DNA of 54,292 nucleotides from a virus (IMGVR_UViG_3300046336_000175:1-54292); one strand, 5' to 3'. Positions 18,478 through 28,722 are shown, numbered from the stretch's first letter. Numbers and translations: made by a program. Notes: a model not told the origin generated them from the sequence alone.

Positions 18478-18969
18478 ATGATTTTAATTGATAAAACAGA
18501 CGCACCAAGGCCAATAACAACTCTTCAAGACTTGAAGAATATGTCTGAGGGTTTTTGGAACTTCAACCTCAAGCACCAAGACTATTTCTGTACCCCTATT
18601 TCTGTAGGTGTAGAAATGCAATCATCATCACTGACACTGGAGGTTGGAGGTAACTTTATTCACCTCCCCGTAGATTGGCATGTGGTTGTCTGTGACAAAG
18701 CAACGTGTACGATGGATGTGATCAAGGTACACGAACTTACGAATAGCAATTTCAAGTTGTTTGTTGTGGGTCCTAAACACCATACTGTGATTGATAGTGG
18801 ATATCGAGTCGTGAATTTTGATCAATCACGGACATTCTTTCACCCCTCCCTCACGAAGCATCAGGTAGTCTGCATTGCAGTTTCACCTACTCGTTGGATC
18901 CTAGTATCTCCACATGACTTCTGGCAGAAGTTTTTGAAGAACATGTGTCCGGCCGATTTAATAATGTAA
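18478..18969 (+). CDS. hypothetical beta-rich protein
   Basis: Clean ORF behind promoter. Confidence 0.7.
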   Translation: MILIDKTDAPRPITTLQDLKNMSEGFWNFNLKHQDYFCTPISVGVEMQSSSLTLEVGGNFIHLPVDWHVVVCDKATCTMDVIKVHELTNSNFKLFVVGPKHHTVIDSGYRVVNFDQSRTFFHPSLTKHQVVCIAVSPTRWILVSPHDFWQKFLKNMCPADLIM

Positions 18970-18980
18970 CAGGAATCAAC

Positions 18981-19298
18981 ATGACAAATAAACTACCACT
19001 CACAAAAATTGCGAAGATTAAGCCTACCGTAATGTCACTTGATGAATTCCGGTCGTATCTCAAGGGGATTATGTTCGTCGGAGGAAAGAATTGGGTACCG
19101 AATGCTCAACAGTGGTCGGCGATTGTTCAAATTATAGATCAACTGGACATCAAACCAGTTGCTCCTATTGTAAAACAATACCCAAGCGTCGCACAACCAG
19201 TGTGGAATTCACCACCACCCATTGAATATCCACAACACGTGAACACATCAACACTTAGTCAATCAACCGGTGAAGATACATTCCCATCATTTGTGTGA
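18981..19298 (+). CDS. hypothetical protein
   Basis: AGGA RBS before ATG 18981. Confidence 0.7.
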   Translation: MTNKLPLTKIAKIKPTVMSLDEFRSYLKGIMFVGGKNWVPNAQQWSAIVQIIDQLDIKPVAPIVKQYPSVAQPVWNSPPPIEYPQHVNTSTLSQSTGEDTFPSFV

Positions 19299-19324
19299 TA
19301 TCACGAATACTGGAGGCGTCCTGA

Positions 19325-19873
19325 GTGGGAGAATACCTTGAATTGTCAGGCCGATTCTTATTGGAATCGGGCATCACTGTTACTTCCGCAAAGCAACTAG
19401 AGTCCTCCAATTCTAGTCTGTTGAAGCGGGTGGTACCATCAGCACTCCGAGTATTTTCACTGAGTGATAAACTAAGAGAATTCAACAAATTTGCAATCCA
19501 ACCAATCGCTGAATTTAGTCCTAGAGATCTTGAATACAATTTCACTCAGGACCTAACGATTCCAGAAGCATTTAAACAAATAAATATAGTAGATGTTCTA
19601 AATAACTTACACGGTGACTATATAGTCACCAAAGCTAATTTTGCAACGTACCACACAATATTCAAACAAGAACTTGCTTGGTTTCAAACACACAACAGGA
19701 TAGATATACTAAGGACTGTGTACTATATTGTACATTCTCTGAAAACCCACAACGTACCTTGGGGTATTGGTCGAGGTAGCTCAGTGTACAGTTATCTTTT
19801 GTTCTTATTGGGATTACACTACATTGACCCAATCGAACATGAGTTGGATTACAGAGAATTTTTACGTGATTGA
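19325..19873 (+). CDS. DNA polymerase III alpha (DnaE)-like N-terminal fragment of a split minimal polymerase
   Basis: WGIGRGSSVYSYLLFLLGLHYIDPIEHELDYREFL matches DnaE GxGRGS..SL..LGI..IDP..L.FERFL; GGAGG RBS, GTG start. Confidence 0.8.
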   Translation: MGEYLELSGRFLLESGITVTSAKQLESSNSSLLKRVVPSALRVFSLSDKLREFNKFAIQPIAEFSPRDLEYNFTQDLTIPEAFKQINIVDVLNNLHGDYIVTKANFATYHTIFKQELAWFQTHNRIDILRTVYYIVHSLKTHNVPWGIGRGSSVYSYLLFLLGLHYIDPIEHELDYREFLRD

Positions 19874-19908
19874 CAAATTATCATACACATATATTAAAGG
19901 AAATAAAA

Positions 19909-20232
19909 ATGGCTAAGATGATTAAAAGTGCTCGCGGCGAGCTAATTGATTGGGACTTGTTGAATGTGCAGTCGGCAGTGGGAAATAACGTTGCTCCTAC
20001 TGTTGATGTAGTCAACCCAGTTGAACAAGCTGCTCGCAAACGTATGAAGGCTAGCATGGAAGCTGCAAAGCGCATGGTAAAGCAGAAGGCGCAGGATGAA
20101 GAAGCCGCAAAAGCTCGAGCCATCTTAGCATCCATAGAAGTAGTTGTGCCTGAGTCGACAATCGAGCACCCTACAGACACAGTAGAAGCTCAAAATTCAT
20201 CAACATATTCTTCAAAATCAAAATCAAAATGA
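19909..20232 (+). CDS. hypothetical protein
   Basis: AAGGA RBS before ATG 19909; N-terminal SARGELIDWDLL. Confidence 0.7.
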   Translation: MAKMIKSARGELIDWDLLNVQSAVGNNVAPTVDVVNPVEQAARKRMKASMEAAKRMVKQKAQDEEAAKARAILASIEVVVPESTIEHPTDTVEAQNSSTYSSKSKSK

Positions 20233-20516
20233 TTGACCCAATTAAAAATAGCATTCTGTTTCAATTTGATGATGAGGTGCGAGGTGGGCGATTCCACGAT
20301 GTATCAGAGTCTGGAATTATCCTAGGATCCTCCCATGATAGTCAAGTCAAGGTAGCCCGATGGGGGACTGTTGTTGCTATCGGTCCTGACGTCGAAGATA
20401 TTGGTGTGGGTGAGCACATCCTGATTGAAGCAATGGGTTGGACATCAGATATTACTGCTGATGGAGTCAGAGTGTGGCGGACTGATGATACTAAAGTACT
20501 GGCTGTTGAGGAGTGA
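20229..20516 (+). CDS. groES: co-chaperonin GroES-like
   Basis: 95 aa; SESGIIL mobile loop, GTVVAIGP, VGEHIL, terminal VLAV. Confidence 0.8.
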   Translation: MIDPIKNSILFQFDDEVRGGRFHDVSESGIILGSSHDSQVKVARWGTVVAIGPDVEDIGVGEHILIEAMGWTSDITADGVRVWRTDDTKVLAVEE

Positions 20517-20522
20517 CACTCA

Positions 20523-20753
20523 ATGGTTACGCTACGTGAAGCGCTTGGTAGACAACTCGCCGCTGGGGCGGTAAAATATAGTACATTTCCAGTGCATGTA
20601 TTGAATCAGGTGGCACCCACCTTCAACTCGAAATGTCCGTCCCTTTCTATATTGGCGATCAACTCTACAGATATTGATCTATATACGTGGGATTCTGTAG
20701 AAGAAATTCCCAACTCTGTGATTCCACGAGTCGTACATCTTCGATTAAAATAA
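20523..20753 (+). CDS. hypothetical protein
   Basis: GAGGAG upstream; tiles between neighbours. Confidence 0.6.
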   Translation: MVTLREALGRQLAAGAVKYSTFPVHVLNQVAPTFNSKCPSLSILAINSTDIDLYTWDSVEEIPNSVIPRVVHLRLK

Positions 20754-20762
20754 CTGCTTAAT

Positions 20763-21896
20763 ATGCCACTCATTATACTGCTATCACTGTCCGCGTTTTC
20801 ATTAGCCGCCGCCTCTGGCTTTTTCAGTGTCGTCGGACTCGCAACTACATTCGCCGGTTCGTTCTGGGCCGTAGTTGCGCTGGGCAGTACAATTGAGTTT
20901 GGTAAACTAGTTGCTGTTAGCTTTTTATACAGGTTCTGGGGTGACATAAATGTATTGACGAAGATGCTGCTGATTACCATAGTTAGCCTCGTGATGTTTG
21001 TCACGAGCTTTGGGGTGTTTGGTTTCTTGACTCACGCAAACCAGACTGATATGATAGCTCTCAAACAGTCCAACAGTACTCTCGAGTTCTTGATTTCGGA
21101 AGAAAAACAACTTCAGATGCGTAAGACTCAGATCGATCAACAAGTATCACAACTCAAAGATACGGACGTATCAGGTAGGGTGAAGTTGAGTAAACAATTC
21201 TCAGCTGAGATATCGACAATCAACAAGCGGTTACCTGTAATTGCGATTGAAAAGCAAAAATTAGCTAGTACTCAAATCACTCAACAAGCGGATGTTGGAC
21301 CAATGATATACCTAGCCAAGACATTTGGATACGACGTTGACGTAGCAGTCACGTGGTTTACAATACTCTTGGTATTAGTGTTCGATCCACTGGCTGTGTT
21401 GTTGACTATATGCACCAACATAGCAATTGCTAAGCGAGCTGAAGATAAGGGTATCGATAAGATTCCTGTAATTGTTCAGAATGTTACTAGGGTGGATCCG
21501 ATTGCTCCACCAGCTACCATGAAACACCAAGAACCCCCCCTACCAGTGGAACAGGTTATCAGTAAGCCGAGTTGGACAGTGAAATTCAACCAACTCTCGC
21601 CACAAACTCCAGCGGATGTAAAATATACATTTTCGGATCCCATAATTACCCCTGGAATTACTAGCCCTACTCTCGAGCCCCTCAACATAACACTAATGCA
21701 ATCAGACTGGACTCACTTCTCAAATAAAATTAAGAGTGATGATGAACTCTCGGCAAAAATTGCGCAGCTGCAGCAGTACATTGCGGATCTTGAATCGAGG
21801 AGTGATCCATTGACATCTGATGAACAAATCCTGAAAGAGCGTATAATAGCATTCATTCAACGTAAACAATCAGAATCAATGGATCAAGAAGCATGA
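20763..21896 (+). CDS. multi-TM membrane protein with coiled coil
   Basis: Three N-terminal hydrophobic helices, IEFGKLV, coiled coil, VFDPLAV helix. Confidence 0.75.
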   Translation: MPLIILLSLSAFSLAAASGFFSVVGLATTFAGSFWAVVALGSTIEFGKLVAVSFLYRFWGDINVLTKMLLITIVSLVMFVTSFGVFGFLTHANQTDMIALKQSNSTLEFLISEEKQLQMRKTQIDQQVSQLKDTDVSGRVKLSKQFSAEISTINKRLPVIAIEKQKLASTQITQQADVGPMIYLAKTFGYDVDVAVTWFTILLVLVFDPLAVLLTICTNIAIAKRAEDKGIDKIPVIVQNVTRVDPIAPPATMKHQEPPLPVEQVISKPSWTVKFNQLSPQTPADVKYTFSDPIITPGITSPTLEPLNITLMQSDWTHFSNKIKSDDELSAKIAQLQQYIADLESRSDPLTSDEQILKERIIAFIQRKQSESMDQEA

Positions 21897-22813
21897 AAGA
21901 ATTATGGGTATCAAAGTATTCACCGACAAATCTCAACGAATACACATTTTCTAGCCCTGAAATCAAATCAGTAATCCGAGAATTTGTAATTGAAAAGTCT
22001 ATTCCGCACTTGTTATTAGCAGGTTCTCCAGGTACTGGCAAAAGCACACTGGCTGAATTGCTGATTTTAGCGTGTAAAATTGAACCGCAGGATGTATTGA
22101 TTATCGACGGATCTAAAGACAATGATGTCAATACCGTTCGAGATCGGGTGATCAATTTTGTGATCACTTCGGGGTTTGGTGATATGAAGGTTGTGTTGAT
22201 TGAGGAAGCAGACCGGTTATCTACTGCTAGCCAAGACACACTCCGGGAAGTAATGGTTCGTTACAGCGATGACGCTCGCTTCATCCTTACCGCGAATCAT
22301 CCTCATAAAATCACACCAGCCCTCAAGTCTAGGTGCGGTGAGACGATTAATTTCACCTCACTCCCTTATGCCGCTATGGTGAAACGAGCTGTCACTATAT
22401 TAGAATCCGAAAATATCGAGCACGAGCTTGCTGATGTCGAGGCAATAATTAAAAGTAAGTCCCCTGATCTTAGAGCCGTAATTAATACGCTACAACAAAG
22501 GTGTGTTCGGGGTAAGTTGCTATCTTTCTCTTCTGACGATAAGCAGTCGGACCTGGTTGATATGTTTCTGACATCTAATTATTCAGAGATGATTGCCCGA
22601 GTGACGAGAGATATGTCACCCACTGAATTGAGTTCGTGTTACACAGATCTATTCAATGCTCTTGTTGTTCATCCTGTGATTTCGGAGGACTCTAATAAAT
22701 TCGACAGGGCACTCATCGCAATCGCACAATATCAATACCAGCACTCTTTCTCTGCAGACCCTGCTATTTGTGTAGCCGCGCTTATTTCTCAATTCCGATT
22801 AATCGAACAATAA
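21893..22813 (+). CDS. clamp loader ATPase subunit (gp44/RFC-like)
   Basis: LWVSKYSP, PHLLLAGSPGTGKS, IEEAD, FILTAN, ALKSRC. Confidence 0.9.
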   Translation: MKELWVSKYSPTNLNEYTFSSPEIKSVIREFVIEKSIPHLLLAGSPGTGKSTLAELLILACKIEPQDVLIIDGSKDNDVNTVRDRVINFVITSGFGDMKVVLIEEADRLSTASQDTLREVMVRYSDDARFILTANHPHKITPALKSRCGETINFTSLPYAAMVKRAVTILESENIEHELADVEAIIKSKSPDLRAVINTLQQRCVRGKLLSFSSDDKQSDLVDMFLTSNYSEMIARVTRDMSPTELSSCYTDLFNALVVHPVISEDSNKFDRALIAIAQYQYQHSFSADPAICVAALISQFRLIEQ

Positions 22814-22821
22814 CCCATACT

Positions 22822-23145
22822 ATGTCACACACAACACTTCCAGATTCTATCACTTCTCTTATCACCAAGACCAACCCCAACGACAAAATTGCGTTCGCAC
22901 GGCGGGTGGCCAATTTGGATGAGTGGGTAACATCTACAATCTCCCCAATTGAGACACAGATCACAGATCTTCGTGCAAAACTGCTGCCCCTTTACGATCA
23001 GATGGATGTACTTAAAACCGACGCTGCAGAGTTTTGTATCCACTCACCTGAGTTGCTGACTGTAATTAGTAGCAACGAAGATGGTGAACCGGAAACAATC
23101 AAGTGCAAATTTTGTTCTATGATATTTCACATTGGCGATGAGTGA
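22822..23145 (+). CDS. hypothetical protein with C-terminal Cys/His motif
   Basis: ATG 22822; CxH...CxxC. Confidence 0.65.
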   Translation: MSHTTLPDSITSLITKTNPNDKIAFARRVANLDEWVTSTISPIETQITDLRAKLLPLYDQMDVLKTDAAEFCIHSPELLTVISSNEDGEPETIKCKFCSMIFHIGDE

Positions 23146-23539
23146 GGTCACACTGTTCCAGGTCCTGGATCAACTCAATCAACACAATACTACCATAACA
23201 CATGCACTCACTGAAAGCGAACAGAAGAAGTTCGCTCCTCTTGTGCTAATGAAATGGATGTTCTATAGTGGTGTTGCGCCGATTACCCTTCAACGAGTGA
23301 ATGCAAATTTCTTCCAACACACTGGGCCAATGCAACTGTCGTTATTAGGTACGGCTGGAGGAGCACCTAAGCATCCAAGGTGGAAGTGGATTAAGTCGTC
23401 CGGGGGGAAGGCACAACAATCTGAAGTGTTGATCGATGCTGTTATGAATGAATACCACATCAACCGATCTACGGCGCTATCAGTACTAGACCTATTCTCT
23501 GAAGCAGACGCATCAGAATTATTAGACGCTCACAAATAA
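23138..23539 (+). CDS. probable clamp loader small subunit (gp62-like)
   Basis: FAPLVLMKWM..VNANFF..WKWIK pattern, size and position after the gp44-like gene. Confidence 0.5.
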   Translation: MSEVTLFQVLDQLNQHNTTITHALTESEQKKFAPLVLMKWMFYSGVAPITLQRVNANFFQHTGPMQLSLLGTAGGAPKHPRWKWIKSSGGKAQQSEVLIDAVMNEYHINRSTALSVLDLFSEADASELLDAHK

Positions 23540-23562
23540 TTTCTCGTGTATAGTTGGACTAT

Positions 23563-24270
23563 ATGGCTGTTACCAAAAAATCCAATCCCGATAAAAAAAC
23601 AAAATATAGCTACGTATGCACGCACTGCGACAAAGCGTACGTAAACGAATCTATGTTCCTTGAGCATACTTGCATGCAAATGCAACGCGCTCAAAAAATG
23701 AAGACCACTGAGGGTATGTCTGCTTGGATGGCGTACTGTACTTGGATGAAACTCCAGGGTAGAAAGATTCCGCATCAGACCACTTTCATCGAATCTCGAT
23801 ATTACCAATCGCTGATTAAGTTTGCTGGATTTGTACAATCTATCCCAACCATCGATGTCGATGATTACATTCGTCTGATGATTAAGTTGGCTATGCAGCC
23901 TGCAATCTGGACGCACCCAGATGTTTATAAAATGTACATCAAATCAACGAAGCAAGAGTCTCCTATCAAACAGGTTCAAAACTCCACACTATTCATAATG
24001 AGCGAGTGTGATAAGGCCAATGTAGACATCAGTGAATTCTTCCAAAACACGCCATGTCCACAACTTATTCAATGGGTTCGTGAGAATGATGTAACTCCTT
24101 GGTTGTTACTCGTTAGTACTAAGTTTAAACAATGGTATGGAGGCCTTGATGAAGATGATCAAGAGCGAGTGAATGGTGTTATCGACATTGAGAATTGGAC
24201 AACTAAGATCCGCAACAATCCAACCGTAGTTCAGACAGCAAAATCCATATTAGTTGAATTAGGGTTATAA
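23563..24270 (+). CDS. Zn-finger-containing phage protein
   Basis: YVCTHCDKAYVNESMFLEHTC. Confidence 0.7.
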   Translation: MAVTKKSNPDKKTKYSYVCTHCDKAYVNESMFLEHTCMQMQRAQKMKTTEGMSAWMAYCTWMKLQGRKIPHQTTFIESRYYQSLIKFAGFVQSIPTIDVDDYIRLMIKLAMQPAIWTHPDVYKMYIKSTKQESPIKQVQNSTLFIMSECDKANVDISEFFQNTPCPQLIQWVRENDVTPWLLLVSTKFKQWYGGLDEDDQERVNGVIDIENWTTKIRNNPTVVQTAKSILVELGL

Positions 24271-24274
24271 GCAC

Positions 24275-24859
24275 ATGGATCTTGATATTGATGTACCGTC
24301 TGGGTTTGACCCCCGAGTAATATTTGGCGACAGTTGTGTCCGAGCTTCACGAGTTGATGGAAATCAACTAATTAAGCACCCCTGTGGTGTGTACTTTGAG
24401 TCTGTTCCAAGAGACAGCGCCACAGACTTGGCTGCAATCACATTTAAGAAGGCAGATCAATTAGGGTACACTAAGTATGATTTTTTGCATCTATCAATCT
24501 TAGATCAATTTACTAATCACAGCGAAATAACAGAATTGCTCAAGCGGGAAATTCCGTGGCATCTATTGAGAGACAGGAGCATTGTAGAGCAACTATTTCA
24601 ACTTCGGAACAGCTGGGACATATTAGCGCGTGTACAGCCAACTAATATCCAATGTTTAGCAGATGTTGTTGCCATGATTCGCCCCGGTAAGAGGGAACTA
24701 ATTGAAGCTTACCTACGTTCACCGGCCGCAGTGCGAGAAAAATTGTACAGAATATCAGAAACCGAAGATAAATCATCATTTAGACGTGGTCACGCGATCG
24801 CATATGCGTATATCATTGCACTACAACTAATTAAGACTTTGCCTTCGGGCGAATCTTAG
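24275..24859 (+). CDS. DnaE-like catalytic fragment of a split minimal polymerase
   Basis: MDLDIDV, KHPCGVYF, GYTKYDFLHL, LFQL, AMIRPG, SFRRGHAIAYA match DnaE motifs in order. Confidence 0.8.
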   Translation: MDLDIDVPSGFDPRVIFGDSCVRASRVDGNQLIKHPCGVYFESVPRDSATDLAAITFKKADQLGYTKYDFLHLSILDQFTNHSEITELLKREIPWHLLRDRSIVEQLFQLRNSWDILARVQPTNIQCLADVVAMIRPGKRELIEAYLRSPAAVREKLYRISETEDKSSFRRGHAIAYAYIIALQLIKTLPSGES

Positions 24860-25319
24860 GCACAGGTGGCGGTTCCATGATCACATCATCGCTATCTTCT
24901 TCACCAAAAGGTGACATGACAGTTGCTAAAGGAGATGCTGTGGCTACTGGTGAGTGGGAAGGTAGCGGAGATTGGGTAGGAACTTGGCGCCCACCGTATG
25001 CATCCAGAGCCTTTTCAGCTACCTTAGCACCCGACCATACACTTATGTACGCTACGTATATCCAGGTGTCGATTGAACCGTTGGTCTTGACCAACATATA
25101 CATGATAGCCCACGAACTGATAGCAAGACACACAAATATAGCTAGTCGAAAAGCTGAGGGTTTACCTCCCTCATCCCGTAACATATCCGCAAAATCGAAA
25201 GCATTATTTGATTTTTGTGTTCTGTTGAGTACATATATACCCAACACAAAAATTATCAGCAGCGCAATTGCTGGCATATCAATGTTTTGTGATAGCCAGG
25301 TAATCAATGTTTCGATCAT
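24831..25319 (-). CDS. three-TM membrane protein, possible holin
   Basis: Three hydrophobic helices, GKPSAFRL motif; last gene of the structural cluster. Confidence 0.55.
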   Translation of the reverse strand: MIETLITWLSQNIDMPAIALLIIFVLGIYVLNRTQKSNNAFDFADMLRDEGGKPSAFRLAIFVCLAISSWAIMYMLVKTNGSIDTWIYVAYISVWSGAKVAEKALDAYGGRQVPTQSPLPSHSPVATASPLATVMSPFGEEDSDDVIMEPPPVPKIRPKAKS

Positions 25320-25349
25320 GGGAAATGTTGTAATTGGTGTCAGTACTTA

Positions 25350-28300
25350 TTAAGCGCTCACAGCGAAAGAATTCTCGGCAGCCGCCCTTGCAGCTCTGAG
25401 ATTAGACTCTGCAGTTGCGCCATTGCCTTGGGCAAAGTTCCACACAGCTGCTGCGACATCCACTGCAGTCAATGCTGGCGCTGTATTGAGTTGATAAGTC
25501 CGGACAGAACGTGCTCGGAAATCAACAGACCCGTTAGTCTCATCATCAGGACTGCCTGTGGTATTGCCGTTGATAACCGGAACGGCGTCAACTCCTGCAG
25601 CAGTATAAGCAGCAAGTGCTCGCCGGAACCTCCAACTGCCCAATAACAACAAATCTGTACCATCAAACCTCAGAGCCTCTGGATATGTGATACCAGCGGA
25701 AGTTGCTTGCCACACTGCTACTGCATTATATACATCTTCCGCCTCACATCGGGTATTGCCGATATCGATTCTCAGAGCACTTGCGTCGATGGTAACAAAC
25801 GGGGCTGTGGCTCCTGTGCCACGGGTGTAGATCTGCACACCAAATCCATCTTGGTTTAATTGTTGAGACACTGGGATAGAAGGTGTGAGTGTATTGGCAT
25901 ACTGCAACTCAATGCAATCATAGCCAGCTTTGCGAATGCGTACAGTGTAAATTGGTATAGATGAATTGAACACATACGATAGTGCTGTTGATGTCCCAGT
26001 ACCTGTCGTAGATGCTACCGGGGCCTGTCCATCACTAATAGTACTACCGACAAATACAGCGACAGTACTATCTGGCAATAACCCTGAGATTGATAGTGTA
26101 GCCACATCTAGTGGATATAGAGCAACGTTTTGCTGGGCGAGGGTTGTGATCCCATTGATCGAAAAAGAATCGAGTTTATTAGTTGCGGAGGCGGTCGTTA
26201 CTGTCATGCGTATCTTTGGAACAAAACCCACAGTTGAGCTGATACCAGTCTCGGCTGCAAGGTTCGCGTTTGATACAGTCTTGAACACACCACTAAACCC
26301 ATTTCCTTTGTCGAGATCATATTCCAACAGGTGGTTTCCGGTATTGACACCCGCAACAGCAAATGTTGCCAACCCTGACCAACCTAGAATAGCATAAGCC
26401 CAAGTCCAAGTAATCGAATCACCGAGTGTGGTAGCAACAAGCGCACCCTGACTGGTAAACTTTGGGGTACCGGCGTTCACCACATACGACGAACTACTTG
26501 GGTACGATAAAGTCTTCTCAGTGAATGCAATCGCCAGCCTGGTCGTGGTATCACCCGTAAACGCGTCCCAAAAGTGAGTACCGTATACTGCAGTGTAAGT
26601 GATTGGTACTGTACCACCATTTTGTCGATTTCCGCGAGTGAGGGAGTTTTGGATGTTTGGAGATTGAGTCTTGGTAGCATCAACTGTATAACAGTTATCC
26701 ACCGTCATTTGAGTAGACGTGTTTGTGCTACTGAATAACCCCGTCCTCAACCCTGTGATCCAATTTCGCTGAAACCTGACCCTTGAGTTATTCCCACCAT
26801 CTGAATACATGTAACTAGAAAGATTCACTGTCCCTGCATTAAAGGGCGATGATGCTGAGCCAATATTGCGAATTGTTGTATCAAATGTAGTATTGACATA
26901 AACCACCCCATTGTACGGGTGTACATTCGCTGTCCCAGGCCAGTTGCTGATTGTGTTGATTGCTCCATTTTTTGAATTACCCATGATTTCCAAAGCATGA
27001 CTAGGGACTGCAGATTGGGTTGTCATCTTTACATTATCAGCATAAGTCAGTCGATTGAGCGCAAAGTTTTTACAAGCAGAAATTAACATCCGCTTGCCAA
27101 TCACCTCAACGTCGTTGATTGTTATGTCATCACAAGTATTAAAAAACACCGGTCCTGAAGTTGCGCTGGCGTCCTGCGTATAACTCCCCCGGATATTGCT
27201 CAGTGTCCACCCGCCATATAAGTTAGTGAATGTTGCGGCGTAACCCGATGTGCTGATTGCCTGCGCTCGGATTGCGGTAAGATTCGATACATTTCCACCT
27301 ACGTACATCTGCTGCCACACAATCGCATTCGTTGCTAGTTGTGTGGTGCGATAAGACATACCAACATGCAAGCCATTGACTACTGGTGGAGTAGCACACT
27401 CAGCCATCACATGTTGGTCACAGGTGTGCACGTCTATTAGTGATACAGAGTAGCACTGAGTGAGGTTGAGATACCAAGATCCAGTGATCTTGCTAAAATT
27501 ACACACACCCGCTGACGCCGTCAGAGTTTCATAGCGAGTACCCATGGTAGCGCTTGGGGTCATGTTGAGCGCCTTATTTGCGGCTGATGCATTGGTTAAA
27601 ATAATATTCGGGATACGGATTCGACAACCCGCTGGTGGGAGATCTCCTGTTGGTTGTGAATCATAACCAGTACCAATTGTCATTTGAGATGATGTAGTTA
27701 TACCAACATATCGACTCCGAGTATCCGTACTGAGATTAACTGATGTGAACAAATCTTGGGCATTGCCCCAAAACTTGAATACATCAGATCCAGCTGATGT
27801 TTCAATTTCGACGCCAGGATAATCGGTGATCAGGCCTGCGAGATTGGGTAGTTGTATACTCTGGCCTCTGACACCAGTGGTGGTCCCTAAGTAAAACCAT
27901 TCACCAGCCATCGTCCAGGTTCCTAGTCGAGGTGCCGATACACCGTAAGTTTCGACTCCTGACACCTCAATCCAACCCATTTCATCAGGGCCGGCGGATG
28001 AGGCACTGATGCCTGTTGTAAATGAACCATTGGTTATCGCTCCACCAGTAAGGTTCCGAATTTTTATCCAGCCAGTAGTTGGCAGCGCGGTTCCTGCAGG
28101 GGTGACCGCGCCACCAACTCGCGTTGCCATCACACACAACAGTTCTGCAGTCACGGATCCTTGTGTTATTATTGTACCTGAAGTAGGTACGTTCCCAGTA
28201 CCCGCTGAATACGGTATCAGCCTGGTGTTGGATCCTGTTATAATTAAATTACCTCCCAAAGTCGCTGATATGTTGATGTTTGCAGGAGGGCCAGTGAGTG

Positions 28301-28433
28301 GAGTAGCATTGGGACTGTAGCGGGTGTCACTATCAATTGTCAGTGTGCCCCCGTTCACATTGTACGTATCAGACCCACCTTTATTTGTGAGTTGTGACAT
28401 ATTCTGAACTGTCGTTATTGTATATGTAGTCAT
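25350..28433 (-). CDS. large virion structural/tail-associated protein (1027 aa)
   Basis: T/G/S/N-rich with beta-helix-like central part; late cluster. Confidence 0.7.
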   Translation of the reverse strand: MTTYTITTVQNMSQLTNKGGSDTYNVNGGTLTIDSDTRYSPNATPLTGPPANINISATLGGNLIITGSNTRLIPYSAGTGNVPTSGTIITQGSVTAELLCVMATRVGGAVTPAGTALPTTGWIKIRNLTGGAITNGSFTTGISASSAGPDEMGWIEVSGVETYGVSAPRLGTWTMAGEWFYLGTTTGVRGQSIQLPNLAGLITDYPGVEIETSAGSDVFKFWGNAQDLFTSVNLSTDTRSRYVGITTSSQMTIGTGYDSQPTGDLPPAGCRIRIPNIILTNASAANKALNMTPSATMGTRYETLTASAGVCNFSKITGSWYLNLTQCYSVSLIDVHTCDQHVMAECATPPVVNGLHVGMSYRTTQLATNAIVWQQMYVGGNVSNLTAIRAQAISTSGYAATFTNLYGGWTLSNIRGSYTQDASATSGPVFFNTCDDITINDVEVIGKRMLISACKNFALNRLTYADNVKMTTQSAVPSHALEIMGNSKNGAINTISNWPGTANVHPYNGVVYVNTTFDTTIRNIGSASSPFNAGTVNLSSYMYSDGGNNSRVRFQRNWITGLRTGLFSSTNTSTQMTVDNCYTVDATKTQSPNIQNSLTRGNRQNGGTVPITYTAVYGTHFWDAFTGDTTTRLAIAFTEKTLSYPSSSSYVVNAGTPKFTSQGALVATTLGDSITWTWAYAILGWSGLATFAVAGVNTGNHLLEYDLDKGNGFSGVFKTVSNANLAAETGISSTVGFVPKIRMTVTTASATNKLDSFSINGITTLAQQNVALYPLDVATLSISGLLPDSTVAVFVGSTISDGQAPVASTTGTGTSTALSYVFNSSIPIYTVRIRKAGYDCIELQYANTLTPSIPVSQQLNQDGFGVQIYTRGTGATAPFVTIDASALRIDIGNTRCEAEDVYNAVAVWQATSAGITYPEALRFDGTDLLLLGSWRFRRALAAYTAAGVDAVPVINGNTTGSPDDETNGSVDFRARSVRTYQLNTAPALTAVDVAAAVWNFAQGNGATAESNLRAARAAAENSFAVSA

Positions 28434-28633
28434 TATTCTTTACCCCATTTTCCTAGTGGGCACTGTGATTTTGTGATTAACAATTTCGCTCTCAGTGCAC
28501 ATCCACATTCGGAACAGACATCCATATTTAGTTTGATTATCTTACTTGGACAGTTATCACATATGGAGTGGCGGTGCGCCTTAGTAGCTTCGCTAGCTAA
28601 TAGCGATACGACAGGAATATTGAAATTTTGCAT
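28433..28633 (-). CDS. small Cys-rich protein
   Basis: CxxC..CxxCGC..K..CPLGKW pattern; 1-nt overlap with next gene. Confidence 0.7.
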   Translation of the reverse strand: MQNFNIPVVSLLASEATKAHRHSICDNCPSKIIKLNMDVCSECGCALRAKLLITKSQCPLGKWGKE

Positions 28634-28662
28634 CAGTGAGCATTTAATCTGGTCGAGTGCTT

Positions 28663-28670
28663 TATTTATA
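28663..28670 (-). promoter_or_regulatory. T4-type late promoter TATAAATA
   Basis: Exact T4 late consensus just past a terminator, 30 nt before ATG 28633. Confidence 0.7.
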
Positions 28671-28693
28671 CAAGTTGGAGTTTCTTGGATATC

Positions 28694-28722
28694 AAAAAAA
28701 GGGCTCTAAAGAGCCCTTTTTT
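28694..28722 (-). terminator. intrinsic terminator (bidirectional shape)
   Basis: A7-GGGCTC-TAAA-GAGCCC-T6. Confidence 0.85.

Noticed and set aside
19325-24859. DnaE pieces as a split intein or decayed pseudogene
   Set aside because: No Cys/Ser-start or His-Asn intein termini; both ORFs are intact and keep catalytic motifs despite large clean domain losses
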